This document shows, piece after piece, positions 31,854 to 42,060 of a stretch of DNA of 64,000 nt. The stretch is from an uncultured Actinomycetes bacterium. Lineage in GTDB: Bacteria > Actinomycetota > UBA4738 > JBBDTT01. Numbering within the stretch: the first letter of the stretch is position 1; the number at the start of each line of letters is the position of its first letter. The position numbers and the translations under genes were made by a program. The stretch is from NCBI GenBank assembly GCA_963742735.1, contig CAVUMN010000004.1, positions 608,001-672,000 on the forward strand, written 5' to 3'. Under the pieces are notes generated by a model. It was given only the letters and a program-made list of their open reading frames with translations. It had not been told where the DNA came from and did no database searches.

Positions 31854-33280
31854 TGGCGGTCAAGCCCGTCGAGCCCCAGGCGGTGGTGATCTTCGGCGCC
31901 TCCGGCGACCTGACCCGGCGCAAGCTGCTCCCCGCCTTCTACCACCTGTTCCTCGAGGACCTGCTGCCCCGGGCGTTCGCGGTGGTCGGGTCCGCGCGCA
32001 CCGAGATGACCACCGAGCAGTTCGCTGAGCACGCCCGGGCGTCGGTGGCCGAGTTCGGGCGGACGAAGTCGCTCGACCGCTGGGACGAGTTCGCGGAGAT
32101 GCTCTCCTATGTCCCGGGGGACTTCGCCGAGGAGGGCGGCTGCACCGCCCTGGCCGCGCACCTCGGGGATCTCGACGGCAGCCGGGGAACCGAGGGCCGG
32201 CGCTTCTACTACGCGTCCACCCCGCCGTCGGTCTATCCCGGCATCGTTCGCCGGATCGGAGAGACCGGGATGGCCGAGAACGGCCGCGTCGTCCTGGAGA
32301 AGCCCTTCGGTCAAGACCTGCAGAGCGCGCGAGAGCTCAACACGATCCTGCACGAGGTCTTCCGGGAGGAGCAGATCTTTCGGATCGACCACTACCTGGG
32401 CAAGGAGACCGTCCAGAACATCCTGGCCTTCCGGTTCGCGAACGGGATGTTCGAGCCGATCTGGAACCGGCGCTACGTGGACAACGTGCAGATCACGGTG
32501 GCCGAGGAGATCGGCATCGAGGGCCGGGGGTGGTTCTACGACCAGACCGGGACCATCCGCGACATGGTGCAGACCCACCTGTTCCAGGTGCTCACGTTCC
32601 TGGCGATGGAGCCGCCGGTCTCCTTCGACCCCGAGCGTCTCCGCGACGAGAAGGTCCGGGTGCTGCGGTCGATGCAGCCGGTGGACCCGGCAAGGGTGGT
32701 GCGCGGCCAGTTCCGGGGATACCGGGACGAGCCGGATGTGGCCAAGGATTCGGACACCGAGACGTTCGGGGCGCTGCAGGTCGAGGTCGACAACTGGCGG
32801 TGGGCGGGCGTGCCGTTCAACCTCCGAACCGGCAAGGCGCTCGCGCGCAAGGTCACCGAGATCTCGCTCTCGTTCCGACATGTGCCCTACAACGTGTTCC
32901 GCGGCACCGACGCGGCTCCCTCCGGCCGCGACGCGCTGGTCATCCGCGTGCAGCCCGACGAGGGGATCTCGCTGCACCTCAACATCAAGCGGCCCGGCCT
33001 GGGGATGGAGCTCGACCGGGCCACGCTGGACTTCGACTACGACCGATCGTTCAACCAGCCCCTGCTGGAGGCCTACGAGTACCTCCTGCTCGAGGCCATG
33101 GAGGGTGACCACTCGCTGTTCACGCGGGAGGACGAGGTGGAGCGGGCGTGGGAGGTCCTCCAGCCGGTGCTCGACGACCCGCCGCCACTGCTGATCTACG
33201 AGCCCGGCTCGTGGGGTCCCGAGGAGGCCCAGGAGCTGATCTTGCCGCGGCACTGGCACGTCACTCCGCCGCGGGAATAG
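31853..33280 (+). CDS. zwf: Glucose-6-phosphate 1-dehydrogenase
   Basis: GASGDL, EKPFG, RIDHYLGKE, RWAGVPF. Confidence 0.96.
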   Translation: MAVKPVEPQAVVIFGASGDLTRRKLLPAFYHLFLEDLLPRAFAVVGSARTEMTTEQFAEHARASVAEFGRTKSLDRWDEFAEMLSYVPGDFAEEGGCTALAAHLGDLDGSRGTEGRRFYYASTPPSVYPGIVRRIGETGMAENGRVVLEKPFGQDLQSARELNTILHEVFREEQIFRIDHYLGKETVQNILAFRFANGMFEPIWNRRYVDNVQITVAEEIGIEGRGWFYDQTGTIRDMVQTHLFQVLTFLAMEPPVSFDPERLRDEKVRVLRSMQPVDPARVVRGQFRGYRDEPDVAKDSDTETFGALQVEVDNWRWAGVPFNLRTGKALARKVTEISLSFRHVPYNVFRGTDAAPSGRDALVIRVQPDEGISLHLNIKRPGLGMELDRATLDFDYDRSFNQPLLEAYEYLLLEAMEGDHSLFTREDEVERAWEVLQPVLDDPPPLLIYEPGSWGPEEAQELILPRHWHVTPPRE

Positions 33281-33322
33281 CCCGGAAGGAATGCGCCCCG
33301 ATGGTGTCGAATCGGTACCGCC

Positions 33323-35410
33323 ATGCGCCCTGCCCGCTCTCGTCGCGCCCTGCTCGTGCTGCTCGTTCCCCTGATCGTCGGCCTGCCGGTCGGGGGGCCG
33401 GTGGCCGCCGATCCGCTCCCGGTGGTCGGCCAGGACCACACCGTGGACCCGGTCGTGCTCACCGGCGCGTCGTTCCGGACGTGGTCCGGCGGCCCGGAGA
33501 TCACCTTCCGCCGTCCCCAGGTGGCCCAGGCCACCCCGGCCAACCCGAGCGACTGCGAGGACGAGGCCGGGAACGAGCACGACCCGTCCACCGACCACTC
33601 GTGCAACCAGGAGCCCGACGCTCGCTTCGCTCCCGGCAACGGGGTTCCCGTGGACGGCCTGCTGGGCTACCGCTGGACCGGGAGCGGCTTCGAGCAGATC
33701 CCGTTCCAGGTGGACGAGAAGTTCGTGCGGTATCTCTCGAACAACCGGTCGGACTTCGCCATCTACTCCGGCGTCGACCAGCACACGACCTACGCGTGGG
33801 ACCGGGAGGGCTTCCGGTACACCGACGACGACCCCTCGAACCCCTGCCTGGCCACGCCCCGTAACGGCCTCGTGGCTCAGCCCGACCCGGTCGAGGGCCT
33901 CGACGACAACGACGAGCTCGTCTTCATGTGGCGAGACGCGGCGGGACAGGCTCCCGCGTCGGCCGAGCTGCCGGCGCAGATCGCGGACATGCGCCAGGTC
34001 ACGGTCGTGGATCCGACGAATCCCCTCGACGTCCGCTACGTCTACGTGGCCCTGCGGGAGGCGGCCGGTCCCGACCCCGCCTACACGGCCCAGACGGGCT
34101 ACGTCCGGTACGAGCGCGACGCCGACGCGGACGTCTACCACTTCTCCGAGTCCTCCTACGAGGGCTACGGCGCCGCGCCACAGGGCCCGTACTACGACCC
34201 CGCCACCGGGCGGTGCGTGCTGAGCCCGATCATCCAGCGTCGCCCCCTCGACACGGCGTGGGTGACCACCGATACCTACAAGTTCCGCTACGACGGCCGC
34301 TGGCTCATGACCCAGCTCCTGGTCCGTCAGCCCGACGGCTCGTACGGCCCCGACCTGATCGACCGGTGGAAGGCCCGCGCGTTCCAGCAGGACCCCGACT
34401 CCGAGACCCCGTGCTGCGGCTACGAGGAGGAGGACACGAACTGGGGCGGCTCCTCGATCCTGATGGGCGAGCGGTCCGGCGCGGTTCGGACGATTCGCGA
34501 GACGTGGGGGGCGGACTCGGGGACGAACGTGATCCGCCGCGAGGTGTTCTACCGCGACCAGATCCAGTACCAGACCTACCTGCGGGTCCACGTGATCCCG
34601 CCGCTCGACGGCATCTACCAGCAGTGGGACTACAACGCGAACCGCATCACCCGGTACTACAACCCGCAGAGACCCGCCGGGGTGAAGGTCGACGGGATGA
34701 ACGACGAGGTGTTCGGGAACTTCGACGACCCGTGCACCGCGAAGTGGGACGGCACCCACACCCACGACGTCCTCACGCCGACCTATCGCGAGGCCTACCG
34801 GACCGCCGGCCTGTGCGGCTTGCCGTACCACCAGAGCGTCGACCTTCTGGACCCGACACACTCGGCGGTGAACTCCGCCCTGCAGTGGGAGCAGCTCGCC
34901 GGCCCGTACGGGTCGATCGTCACCCGCAGCGCGCTGAACGAGGTCACCGCGGGCGGAGCCGTCCAGTCGATCTTCGCGGTCCCGTACTACCGGGACGACG
35001 CGTGCTTCGACGACGGGACGGGGACCGACCCCGGCCCGCGGCTGCGTCCCCGGAGCAACAACGAGCCGACCACGTACGTGAACCCGGCGAATCCGGGCGG
35101 TACCGTCCGGCCCCGCCGGTGCTGGACCGACAGCGCCGGTACGCCCAACCCCGCGTTCGCGCCGCAGGGCGACATCCGGGTGTTCCAGGGATCGATCGGA
35201 TCTCACGGCCTGCACCTGCTGTTCGTGGCCGAGTCCGACAACGCGTCGCTCACGGTGCCCCTCACCGAGATCGACGGCGTGCAGCGCCAGGTGATCCTGC
35301 GTGGCGAGCAGCCGAACGTGGGGGAGCGCTACGGGCGCTGGATCGAGTTCCCGCTCGTCGCGCTGGTCGGCGCGCTCCCGGTAGGCATGACCCCCGTCCC
35401 GGCCGGGTAA
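33323..35410 (+). CDS. Large secreted hypothetical protein (695 aa)
   Basis: Signal peptide; Asp/Tyr/Trp/Cys-rich; IPFQVDE and GAVRTIRETWGADSG segments; no family confidently recognised. Confidence 0.75.
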   Translation: MRPARSRRALLVLLVPLIVGLPVGGPVAADPLPVVGQDHTVDPVVLTGASFRTWSGGPEITFRRPQVAQATPANPSDCEDEAGNEHDPSTDHSCNQEPDARFAPGNGVPVDGLLGYRWTGSGFEQIPFQVDEKFVRYLSNNRSDFAIYSGVDQHTTYAWDREGFRYTDDDPSNPCLATPRNGLVAQPDPVEGLDDNDELVFMWRDAAGQAPASAELPAQIADMRQVTVVDPTNPLDVRYVYVALREAAGPDPAYTAQTGYVRYERDADADVYHFSESSYEGYGAAPQGPYYDPATGRCVLSPIIQRRPLDTAWVTTDTYKFRYDGRWLMTQLLVRQPDGSYGPDLIDRWKARAFQQDPDSETPCCGYEEEDTNWGGSSILMGERSGAVRTIRETWGADSGTNVIRREVFYRDQIQYQTYLRVHVIPPLDGIYQQWDYNANRITRYYNPQRPAGVKVDGMNDEVFGNFDDPCTAKWDGTHTHDVLTPTYREAYRTAGLCGLPYHQSVDLLDPTHSAVNSALQWEQLAGPYGSIVTRSALNEVTAGGAVQSIFAVPYYRDDACFDDGTGTDPGPRLRPRSNNEPTTYVNPANPGGTVRPRRCWTDSAGTPNPAFAPQGDIRVFQGSIGSHGLHLLFVAESDNASLTVPLTEIDGVQRQVILRGEQPNVGERYGRWIEFPLVALVGALPVGMTPVPAG

Positions 35411-35450
35411 GTACCGGCTTCACGGCGCCCCATCCCCCGATCGCCCGCTG

Positions 35451-36335
35451 GTGAGGTGGTTGCTCGTGCTGGCGCGCCATGCGGAGCTCGTGAGCGTGGA
35501 ATGGGCCCTGGACCACGGGGTTCGGATCCTGATCGTCCTGGCCGCCGCGACGGTGGTCTCGTGGCTGGCCCGGCAGTCCTTCCGGCGGATGCGCCGCCGG
35601 CTCGAGGGAACGGAGACCGTCACCCAGGAGTTGGATCCGACCCGGTCGGCGACGCTCACGACCTCGCTCTCCAGCGCGATCCGCGTGCTGATCTGGACCG
35701 TGGCCATCCTGTTGGTTCTGGGGGAGTTCGGGATGAACCTGGCCCCGTTGCTCGCCGGCGCCGGGGTGGCCGGCGTGGCCCTCGGGTTCGGCGCCCAGAA
35801 CCTGGTCAAGGACTTCCTCAGCGGCTTCTTCATCCTGCTCGAGCAGCAGTTCGGGGTGGGGCAGGTCGTCTCGCTGTCCACCGAGGGCGGACCCGTCGAG
35901 GGCAAGGTGGAATCGATGAGCCTGCGGGTCACCGCGGTGCGGTCGTTCGACGGGACACTCAACGTGGTGCCGAACGGCAACATCCTCCTGGTCGGGAACC
36001 AGGCGCGGGGCTGGGCCCGCGCGATCGTCGACGTGAGCGTGGACTACGAGGAGGACCTGGACACCATCCGCGAGCTGCTCGATGAGCTGTTCGAGGAGCT
36101 CCGGGAGGACGAGGACCTCGCGGGCATCCTGTTCTCCGGACCGAAGGTCCTGGGGGTCGAGGCGCTGGGGGACCAGGAGGTCGTCCTCCGCGTGGTCGCG
36201 CGGACGAAGCCTTCGCGGCGGCCCCACGTCGAGCGGGAGCTTCGCCGGCGGATCAAGGAGCGCTTCGGCGCCCGCGGCGTGCGGGTGCCCATGGGCCGGC
36301 GGGTGCTCGTGTCGTCGGGGTTCCCGGGCGAGTAG
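35451..36335 (+). CDS. Small-conductance mechanosensitive channel (MscS/YkuT-like)
   Basis: AGVAGVALGFGAQNLVKDFLSGFFIL, VPNG. Confidence 0.92.
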   Translation: MRWLLVLARHAELVSVEWALDHGVRILIVLAAATVVSWLARQSFRRMRRRLEGTETVTQELDPTRSATLTTSLSSAIRVLIWTVAILLVLGEFGMNLAPLLAGAGVAGVALGFGAQNLVKDFLSGFFILLEQQFGVGQVVSLSTEGGPVEGKVESMSLRVTAVRSFDGTLNVVPNGNILLVGNQARGWARAIVDVSVDYEEDLDTIRELLDELFEELREDEDLAGILFSGPKVLGVEALGDQEVVLRVVARTKPSRRPHVERELRRRIKERFGARGVRVPMGRRVLVSSGFPGE

Positions 36336-36341
36336 CCCGGC

Positions 36342-38588
36342 TCAGGCCACCGGCGCGATCCGCAGGACGCGCGCGGAGTGCTTCGTCGGCGCCGCAACGA
36401 CGTAGCCCGCCCGGAGCTGGGTGCCCGTGACCGTGCCGAGCCACGCGCCGGTGACGACGTCGGTGACCCGGTAGGTCAGGTCGGCGCGGACGCTGCGCAG
36501 GCGCAGGCTCACGCTCGCCTGGTTCGTGTTCTGGCGGAACGCGAAGACGTAGCCGCGATGGGTGTCGGGGTTCCACGGCTGGAGGGCGGCCCAGTTGGTG
36601 CCCGGCATCGGGTCCGCCAGCAGTGGATACACGACCATCTTCCCGAGCTCGTCCCGGTGCGCCTTGTACAGGTCCGTCCAGAACCTCGTGCGCGTGACCT
36701 GAGCCGGTGTGAGCGTCGGCAGGTCGCGCCAGAACGTCATGTGCGACAGCATCGCCGCCGCCATGAGGTAGTCCACGCTGTACGTCCCCAGGGCGGTCGC
36801 CGCGGCCTGACCGATCGAGTACGTCGGGACGTACGGGGCGACGAGCCACAGGTTGTGCAACAGGATGTTCGGCGCCGGGGACCCGTTCTGGAACCACGAC
36901 GGCCCCCGTGCCACGGACTCGTACGGCCACATCCGGAAGTCGTTGGTCTCGTCGATCTGGAAGGTGACCTCCGGGTGCCGCGCGTGCAGCCGGTCGATCA
37001 TCGACACGAACACCTCGCGGTACCGATACATCGAGGTCGGGAACGGGTTCACGCAGTCGAGCCACACCAGAAAGTCGAACTTGAAGTACCGGGCGCCGTC
37101 CCGGGTGATGGCGCGCTCGATCTTCGCCTGGAGGTCGTCGATCATCCGGCCCCCGATGGAGACCGCGTCGGGGTTCCAGACGCCGATCCCGGCTTCCGCC
37201 GAGCCGCCCAGGATGGCCTCGCCGAGTGGGGTCCCGTTGGCGAGCCCCGTGGCGGTGCCCAGCGGCACGCACGACCACAGCGGGTTGGTGCGGAACGCGG
37301 CCGAGTCCGGGTGGAACGACATCGGGCTCATCCACAGGCCCAGGTTCATGCCCCGCTGCTCCAGGTCCGCGCTGATCTCGGGGAACCCGTTGGGGAACCT
37401 CCGAGGGTCCGGCTCCCAGTCGCCGGAGTTGAGCTGCCAGCCGTCGTCCAGGATGAAGGTCTCGATCCCGAGCTGCTCGGCCACGGCCACCTGGCGGAGG
37501 TACTCCGCCTTGTCCACGGAGTCCTTGGCCCCGCCGGGGGTGTTGTAGGGCAGGCGGTCCCCGTCGATGTTGTTCGTGTTGAAGGTGATCGCCCGGGGGT
37601 AGCTCCACCCGCCCGCCTGCAGGTACTTCTCGTGCTGCCAGGGCTCGTCGTCGGGGTGCGTTGACAGGCCCACGAAGGCCGGCTCGAGCACCAGAGGAGC
37701 GAGGGCCGTGGCGATGCGGTGCCGAACGGGGACCGGGGTCGGGTTCTCGACGTGCACGTCGGACTCGATCGGCCCGGTGACGATGATGTCCTGGGTCAGG
37801 TCGGTCTCCGCGGCCACCCGCCCTCCGGCGAACGACACCCTGGACGAGGGCAGGTTCGGCCGCTGGGAGACGACGAAGACGCTCTGTCCGCCGTTGTGTC
37901 GAGCCGTGACCCAGTTGCCGTACTGCTCGTACGGCCCGCCCTTCGGGCCCTGGGTCTGGACCCGCCAGTCGCTGCGTCCGCCGCGCGGGGCCTCGTCTCC
38001 GATGGTGATCGAGGGCGACCATCCGTCCTCGTCGCGCCAGTCGCTACCGGAGTGGAACGTCTGCCCGATCGGGGTGATGTTGCTCGTGAACCGGGTGGTG
38101 AGCTCGCCCATGGAGTAGCCGGTCACCGGCAGGACGACCAGGGCCTTGACCACGGTCTGGGTCCGGAATCCCGCGAGCCCGGGCCACGCGTCCACCAGGT
38201 AGTCCACGGCGAACAGCGCCGGGCCCGAGAGATGCATGGTCACCCGAGCGCCGCCGTTGGGCAGGGCCGAGCGCTCGGCCGAGTCCAGGGTGAAGTCCGA
38301 GGACGTGAAGTCCAGGATGCCGACGGTGATCGTGAAGTCGTCGGACGTCCCCGGCGCCACCCACTCGAGGGCGGTGCGCTTGTCCAGGAACGAGGTGGTC
38401 TGGAACCCGCCGCCGGCCGTGTCTCGCCACTTGCGCACCACCGTGCCGGTGTCGATCTGCACCTTGTCGTCGCTGAGCTCGATCTGCAGGATCGGGTCGG
38501 CCAGGGCGGGGCGGGTGGCGGGCTGGCCGGACAGGCCGAGCGCCAGGAGCAGGGTGAGCAGGGCGCGGGGCGCCCGGAGCGCGGACAT
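36342..38588 (-). CDS. Secreted clan GH-D (GH36-like alpha-galactosidase) glycoside hydrolase
   Basis: Signal peptide; FILDDGWQ, RFPNGF, GLWMSP, YFKFDF. Confidence 0.75.
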   Translation of the reverse strand: MSALRAPRALLTLLLALGLSGQPATRPALADPILQIELSDDKVQIDTGTVVRKWRDTAGGGFQTTSFLDKRTALEWVAPGTSDDFTITVGILDFTSSDFTLDSAERSALPNGGARVTMHLSGPALFAVDYLVDAWPGLAGFRTQTVVKALVVLPVTGYSMGELTTRFTSNITPIGQTFHSGSDWRDEDGWSPSITIGDEAPRGGRSDWRVQTQGPKGGPYEQYGNWVTARHNGGQSVFVVSQRPNLPSSRVSFAGGRVAAETDLTQDIIVTGPIESDVHVENPTPVPVRHRIATALAPLVLEPAFVGLSTHPDDEPWQHEKYLQAGGWSYPRAITFNTNNIDGDRLPYNTPGGAKDSVDKAEYLRQVAVAEQLGIETFILDDGWQLNSGDWEPDPRRFPNGFPEISADLEQRGMNLGLWMSPMSFHPDSAAFRTNPLWSCVPLGTATGLANGTPLGEAILGGSAEAGIGVWNPDAVSIGGRMIDDLQAKIERAITRDGARYFKFDFLVWLDCVNPFPTSMYRYREVFVSMIDRLHARHPEVTFQIDETNDFRMWPYESVARGPSWFQNGSPAPNILLHNLWLVAPYVPTYSIGQAAATALGTYSVDYLMAAAMLSHMTFWRDLPTLTPAQVTRTRFWTDLYKAHRDELGKMVVYPLLADPMPGTNWAALQPWNPDTHRGYVFAFRQNTNQASVSLRLRSVRADLTYRVTDVVTGAWLGTVTGTQLRAGYVVAAPTKHSARVLRIAPVA

Positions 38589-38637
38589 AGGTTGACCGAT
38601 TCGCGGTCGGCGGGCGCGTTCCTGCATCCTTGCTCCC

Positions 38638-40020
38638 GTGCGGCAGCAGGTCGTGTTCGGGCAGGGCTTCGTCGAGGCGGAGCTTCCCGACCGCACGCAG
38701 GTGATCTCGGCGGGGGTCTCCATCCCGCTCGAGCCCGTGGCCGACCTGGCCGGAGCCGTCCGCGCCGCGCTGGACGCGCCGCTGGACCTTCCGCCGCTGC
38801 GCGAGCTGGCCCGCGGCAAGGGCCGGGTCACCGTGGCCTTCGACGACGCGACGGTGCCGTGCTACGCGCCGATGTGGGTCGAGGCGATGCCGAAGATCCT
38901 GGACGACCTGGCTGCGGCCGGCGTGCCCCGAGAGGCGATCACGCTGGTCTGCGCCAACGCCCTGCATCGCCAGTTCACCCACCAGGAGCTCGGGCGGCTG
39001 ATGGGCGAGGGGCTCGTCCGGGAGTGGGCCGACCGGCTGGTGTGCCACGACGCCGAGGACGCGTCAAACCTCGAGCACCTGGGGACGACGGCGTCGGGGT
39101 TGAACGTGGAGCTCTCGCGCCACGTCACCGACGCCGACCTGGTGATCTACCTCAACTGCTCGACCACGCGCGGGTTCAGCGGCGGCTGGAAGTCGGTGTG
39201 CGTCGGGCTGTCGACGTACCGGTCCATCGCCCACCACCACAACCCCGACGACATGTCGATGTCCCTCGACGGCAACCGCATGCACGAGATGCTCGACGAG
39301 ATGGGCGCGCTCGTGGTCGAACGCCTCGGTGCCGACCGGGTGTTCAAGGTCGAGACCGTCCTGGCCAACCCGCTGCAGGTGGCGAGGGTCGTCGCCGGGA
39401 CGGTGGACGCCTGCCGCGCCGAGGTCCTCGACGTCATGCGGGCCAAGCAGCCGTCCCGGCGCTCACTCGTGGACGAGCGGACCGACGTGGTGCTGTACGG
39501 GGTCCCGGACTGGAGCCCGTACGCCGCCTACTCGTACACCAACCCGATCCTCACCCTGATCTCCACCGGGCTGGGGTACCTCGGCGGGATGATCGAGGCG
39601 GTCGGGAAACCGGGGTGCACGGTGATCCTGGCGACGCCGTGCCCGAACCGTTGGGACGACGAGCGGCATCCCTCCTACCGGGAGGTCTGGGAGCGGGTGC
39701 TCCCCGAGACGCTCGATCCGTACGAGGCGCAGCATCGGTACGCGGGGGAGTTCGCGAGCCGCGAGGACTACCGGCAGGCGTACCGCGAACGGTTCGGCTT
39801 CCACGGGGTCCACGGGATCATGGCGTTGTACCCGCTCAAGCGGCTGAAGCACGCCGCGCGCGTGATCGTGGCCGGTGCGGAGGACGCGGGCGTGGTTCGC
39901 CACGTCGGCTTCGAGCCCGCGGCGTCGATCGAGGACGCCCTGTCGATCGCCCACGGGCACCACGGTTCGGAGGCAAACGTCGCCTTCGTCCCGTATCCGC
40001 TGGCCCTCAGTCGCAGCTAG
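38638..40020 (+). CDS. Lactate racemase LarA superfamily (DUF2088) protein
   Basis: ALDAPL..PPL, VAFDD, ANALHR, HDAED, GFSGGWKS. Confidence 0.8.
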   Translation: MRQQVVFGQGFVEAELPDRTQVISAGVSIPLEPVADLAGAVRAALDAPLDLPPLRELARGKGRVTVAFDDATVPCYAPMWVEAMPKILDDLAAAGVPREAITLVCANALHRQFTHQELGRLMGEGLVREWADRLVCHDAEDASNLEHLGTTASGLNVELSRHVTDADLVIYLNCSTTRGFSGGWKSVCVGLSTYRSIAHHHNPDDMSMSLDGNRMHEMLDEMGALVVERLGADRVFKVETVLANPLQVARVVAGTVDACRAEVLDVMRAKQPSRRSLVDERTDVVLYGVPDWSPYAAYSYTNPILTLISTGLGYLGGMIEAVGKPGCTVILATPCPNRWDDERHPSYREVWERVLPETLDPYEAQHRYAGEFASREDYRQAYRERFGFHGVHGIMALYPLKRLKHAARVIVAGAEDAGVVRHVGFEPAASIEDALSIAHGHHGSEANVAFVPYPLALSRS

Positions 40021-40083
40021 CGAGTTCGCGACAGGGCCCGAGCGGGTACATCTACGTCCACGAAGTTCACGAAGGAGGAGGCC

Positions 40084-40239
40084 ATGGGTACCGCGTTGCT
40101 GATCATCCTCCTCGCGCTGCTGCTGGGCGGAGTGGGCCTGGCGGTCGAGGCGCTCAGGTGGGTGTTGATCATCGGGATCGTGTTGCTGCTGATCGGTGCG
40201 TTCAGCGGGTTCCGGAGCTACGGGGGCCGAGGGGTCTAG
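40084..40239 (+). CDS. Small hydrophobic membrane protein (51 aa; absent from ORF track)
   Basis: AAGGAGGAG SD; MGTALLIILLALLLGGVGLAVEALRWVLIIGIVLLLIGAFSGFRSYGGRGV*. Confidence 0.75.
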   Translation: MGTALLIILLALLLGGVGLAVEALRWVLIIGIVLLLIGAFSGFRSYGGRGV

Positions 40240-41537
40240 CGAACGCCTAGCTCGGGGCGCGCGATGTACAGCGGTGAGGTGAGCGCGCTCATCAGGTAGT
40301 GGTGCGTGAGGCATCGCGGCCGCTCGTCCTGCGGCAGGGTCGCCGGCAGGCAGAGCAGGTCGGATGCCTCTCGCGCATCCGCGAGGTCCTCGACGTACAC
40401 CTCGGCCCGGACCCACGTGCTGCCCGCCTCGGCCGCGAAGGTGTGCGCGAAGTCGTTCGACGTGATCGTCACCTGCTCGAGTGACTCCCCGCCCGTGGTG
40501 ACGAGCTGGAGGACCTGGCCGAAGCCGTTGCGCACCCGAACCCGGAAGCTCGAGGCGGGCGGCACGGTGCCGCCGACCATCGTCTCGTAGATCCCGTTGC
40601 GGTTCGCGTCGGCCTCCAGGTACACGAGGGTCGGCGCCTGCGTCGGCGGGTTGGCGCTCACGAACGTGCGCCCCAGCCGCAACCCGTTGAGGATCTGGCG
40701 CACCGTGGTTCCGCTGGAGTAGATCCACGTGGTGGGCTGGCCGACCCCTTGAATCGGGAACGTCAGGCGCCAGTGGCTGTCGCTGCCGCCCGTCGCCGCG
40801 ACGTGCTTGCCGGTGTCGAGCCAGGCGTTCCAGAACTCGAGCGCCTCGGGGTTGTTCGAGGCGACCAGCCCGTCGCCCTCGAGGTCGCGCTGGTTCGCCC
40901 ACGGGAGGTTCCAGACCTCGATCGTGTCGAAGTTCGAGACCTCCGGGCCGTAGCCCCAAGTCGGGTCCATCGGGTGGTTGATCTGGAACAGTCCGCGGTC
41001 GGCGTGGAGCGCGTCGATCATGGCGTTGACCGCCGGCGCCTCGTCGTTCCCGCTGTCGTAGACGCGGTGCGCGCCGAGCATCTGGGCGTGCCCGTGCAGC
41101 GAGTTCTCGTACGCGGGGATCAGGGTCAGCCTCGAGGAGTGGTAGCCGGGGTCGGTCTGGTGCTCGACGGTGTTGTGGTCGGTCAGGGCGATGTAGTCGA
41201 GGCCCCTCGACTCGGCGTTCGCGATCTGCTCGGCCGGGCTGAAGCCCCAGGTGTAGAACTCGTCGCCGCACTCGGTGCCGTCGTGGCGGGTGGTGGGCGT
41301 CTCGCAGACGTCGTGGGACCAGTAGGTGTGCACATGGAGATCGCCGGCCAGCCAGCCGTAGTCGGACTTGGCCTTGATCGGCCCGGCCCCGGCCCCGGAG
41401 GGCATCGCCAGGACGACCGCCGCCACCAAGAGGGCGAACGAAAGGAGGGCGCGGAGCGGGCGCTGGGCCACGTGGGGTGGATTCGCCCCGATTGACGCCG
41501 GAACCTGCCGAACGCCGGGGGCCGTTCGGGGGTTCAT
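40236..41537 (-). CDS. Secreted PHP-domain metallohydrolase (CehA/McbA-like; start uncertain)
   Basis: GDLHVHT, ALTDHN, QINHP, IEVWN, GGSDSH; signal-like hydrophobic stretch. Confidence 0.85.
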   Translation of the reverse strand: MNPRTAPGVRQVPASIGANPPHVAQRPLRALLSFALLVAAVVLAMPSGAGAGPIKAKSDYGWLAGDLHVHTYWSHDVCETPTTRHDGTECGDEFYTWGFSPAEQIANAESRGLDYIALTDHNTVEHQTDPGYHSSRLTLIPAYENSLHGHAQMLGAHRVYDSGNDEAPAVNAMIDALHADRGLFQINHPMDPTWGYGPEVSNFDTIEVWNLPWANQRDLEGDGLVASNNPEALEFWNAWLDTGKHVAATGGSDSHWRLTFPIQGVGQPTTWIYSSGTTVRQILNGLRLGRTFVSANPPTQAPTLVYLEADANRNGIYETMVGGTVPPASSFRVRVRNGFGQVLQLVTTGGESLEQVTITSNDFAHTFAAEAGSTWVRAEVYVEDLADAREASDLLCLPATLPQDERPRCLTHHYLMSALTSPLYIARPELGVR

Positions 41538-41573
41538 GGCGGTGTGGAGGTTCGACCTGCCACGCTTGCGATC

Positions 41574-42060
41574 GTGAGCGAGCCCGCCCCGGTCGGCTTC
41601 GAGGACTTCTTCCGGGCGCACTTCGTCACGCTCGGGCGGGCGCTGTACCTCCTGACGTCGAACGCGGGCGAGGCGGAAGACCTCGCGCAGGAGGCGATGG
41701 CCAGGGTGTTCGAGCGATGGGACCGGGTGGCCGCGATGGACTCACCCGAGGGCTACCTCTACAGGACGGCGAATGAACCTCCATCGAAAGGGACTGCGCC
41801 GGCTGGCGGTGCGCGCCCGTCGAACGCCCGGCGCGACGCGACCGGACCCGATCGCAGGCGCCGAGGCGCGCGCCGAGGTGCACCGGGCCCTGCAGTCGCT
41901 GACCCGGGAGCAGCGCGAGGCCGTGGTGCTCGTCGATTGGGTGGGCCTGACCGGGGACGAGGCCGGCGCGATCCTCGGCATCGACGCCGCCAGCGTCCGA
42001 GGCCGCCTCCACCGGGCCCGCGCGACCCTGAGAGAACGCTTCGGGGACGGCGATGAGTGA
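41574..42060 (+). CDS. ECF RNA polymerase sigma factor (frameshift near 41772)
   Basis: AEDLAQEA..RW, YLYRTA|MNL, LTREQREAVVL, SVRGRLHRAR; one extra A at 41772-3. Confidence 0.85.

Noticed and set aside
31745-35215. 1156-aa antisense ORF opposite zwf and the secreted protein
   Set aside because: Shadow frame of high-GC coding DNA with no motifs.
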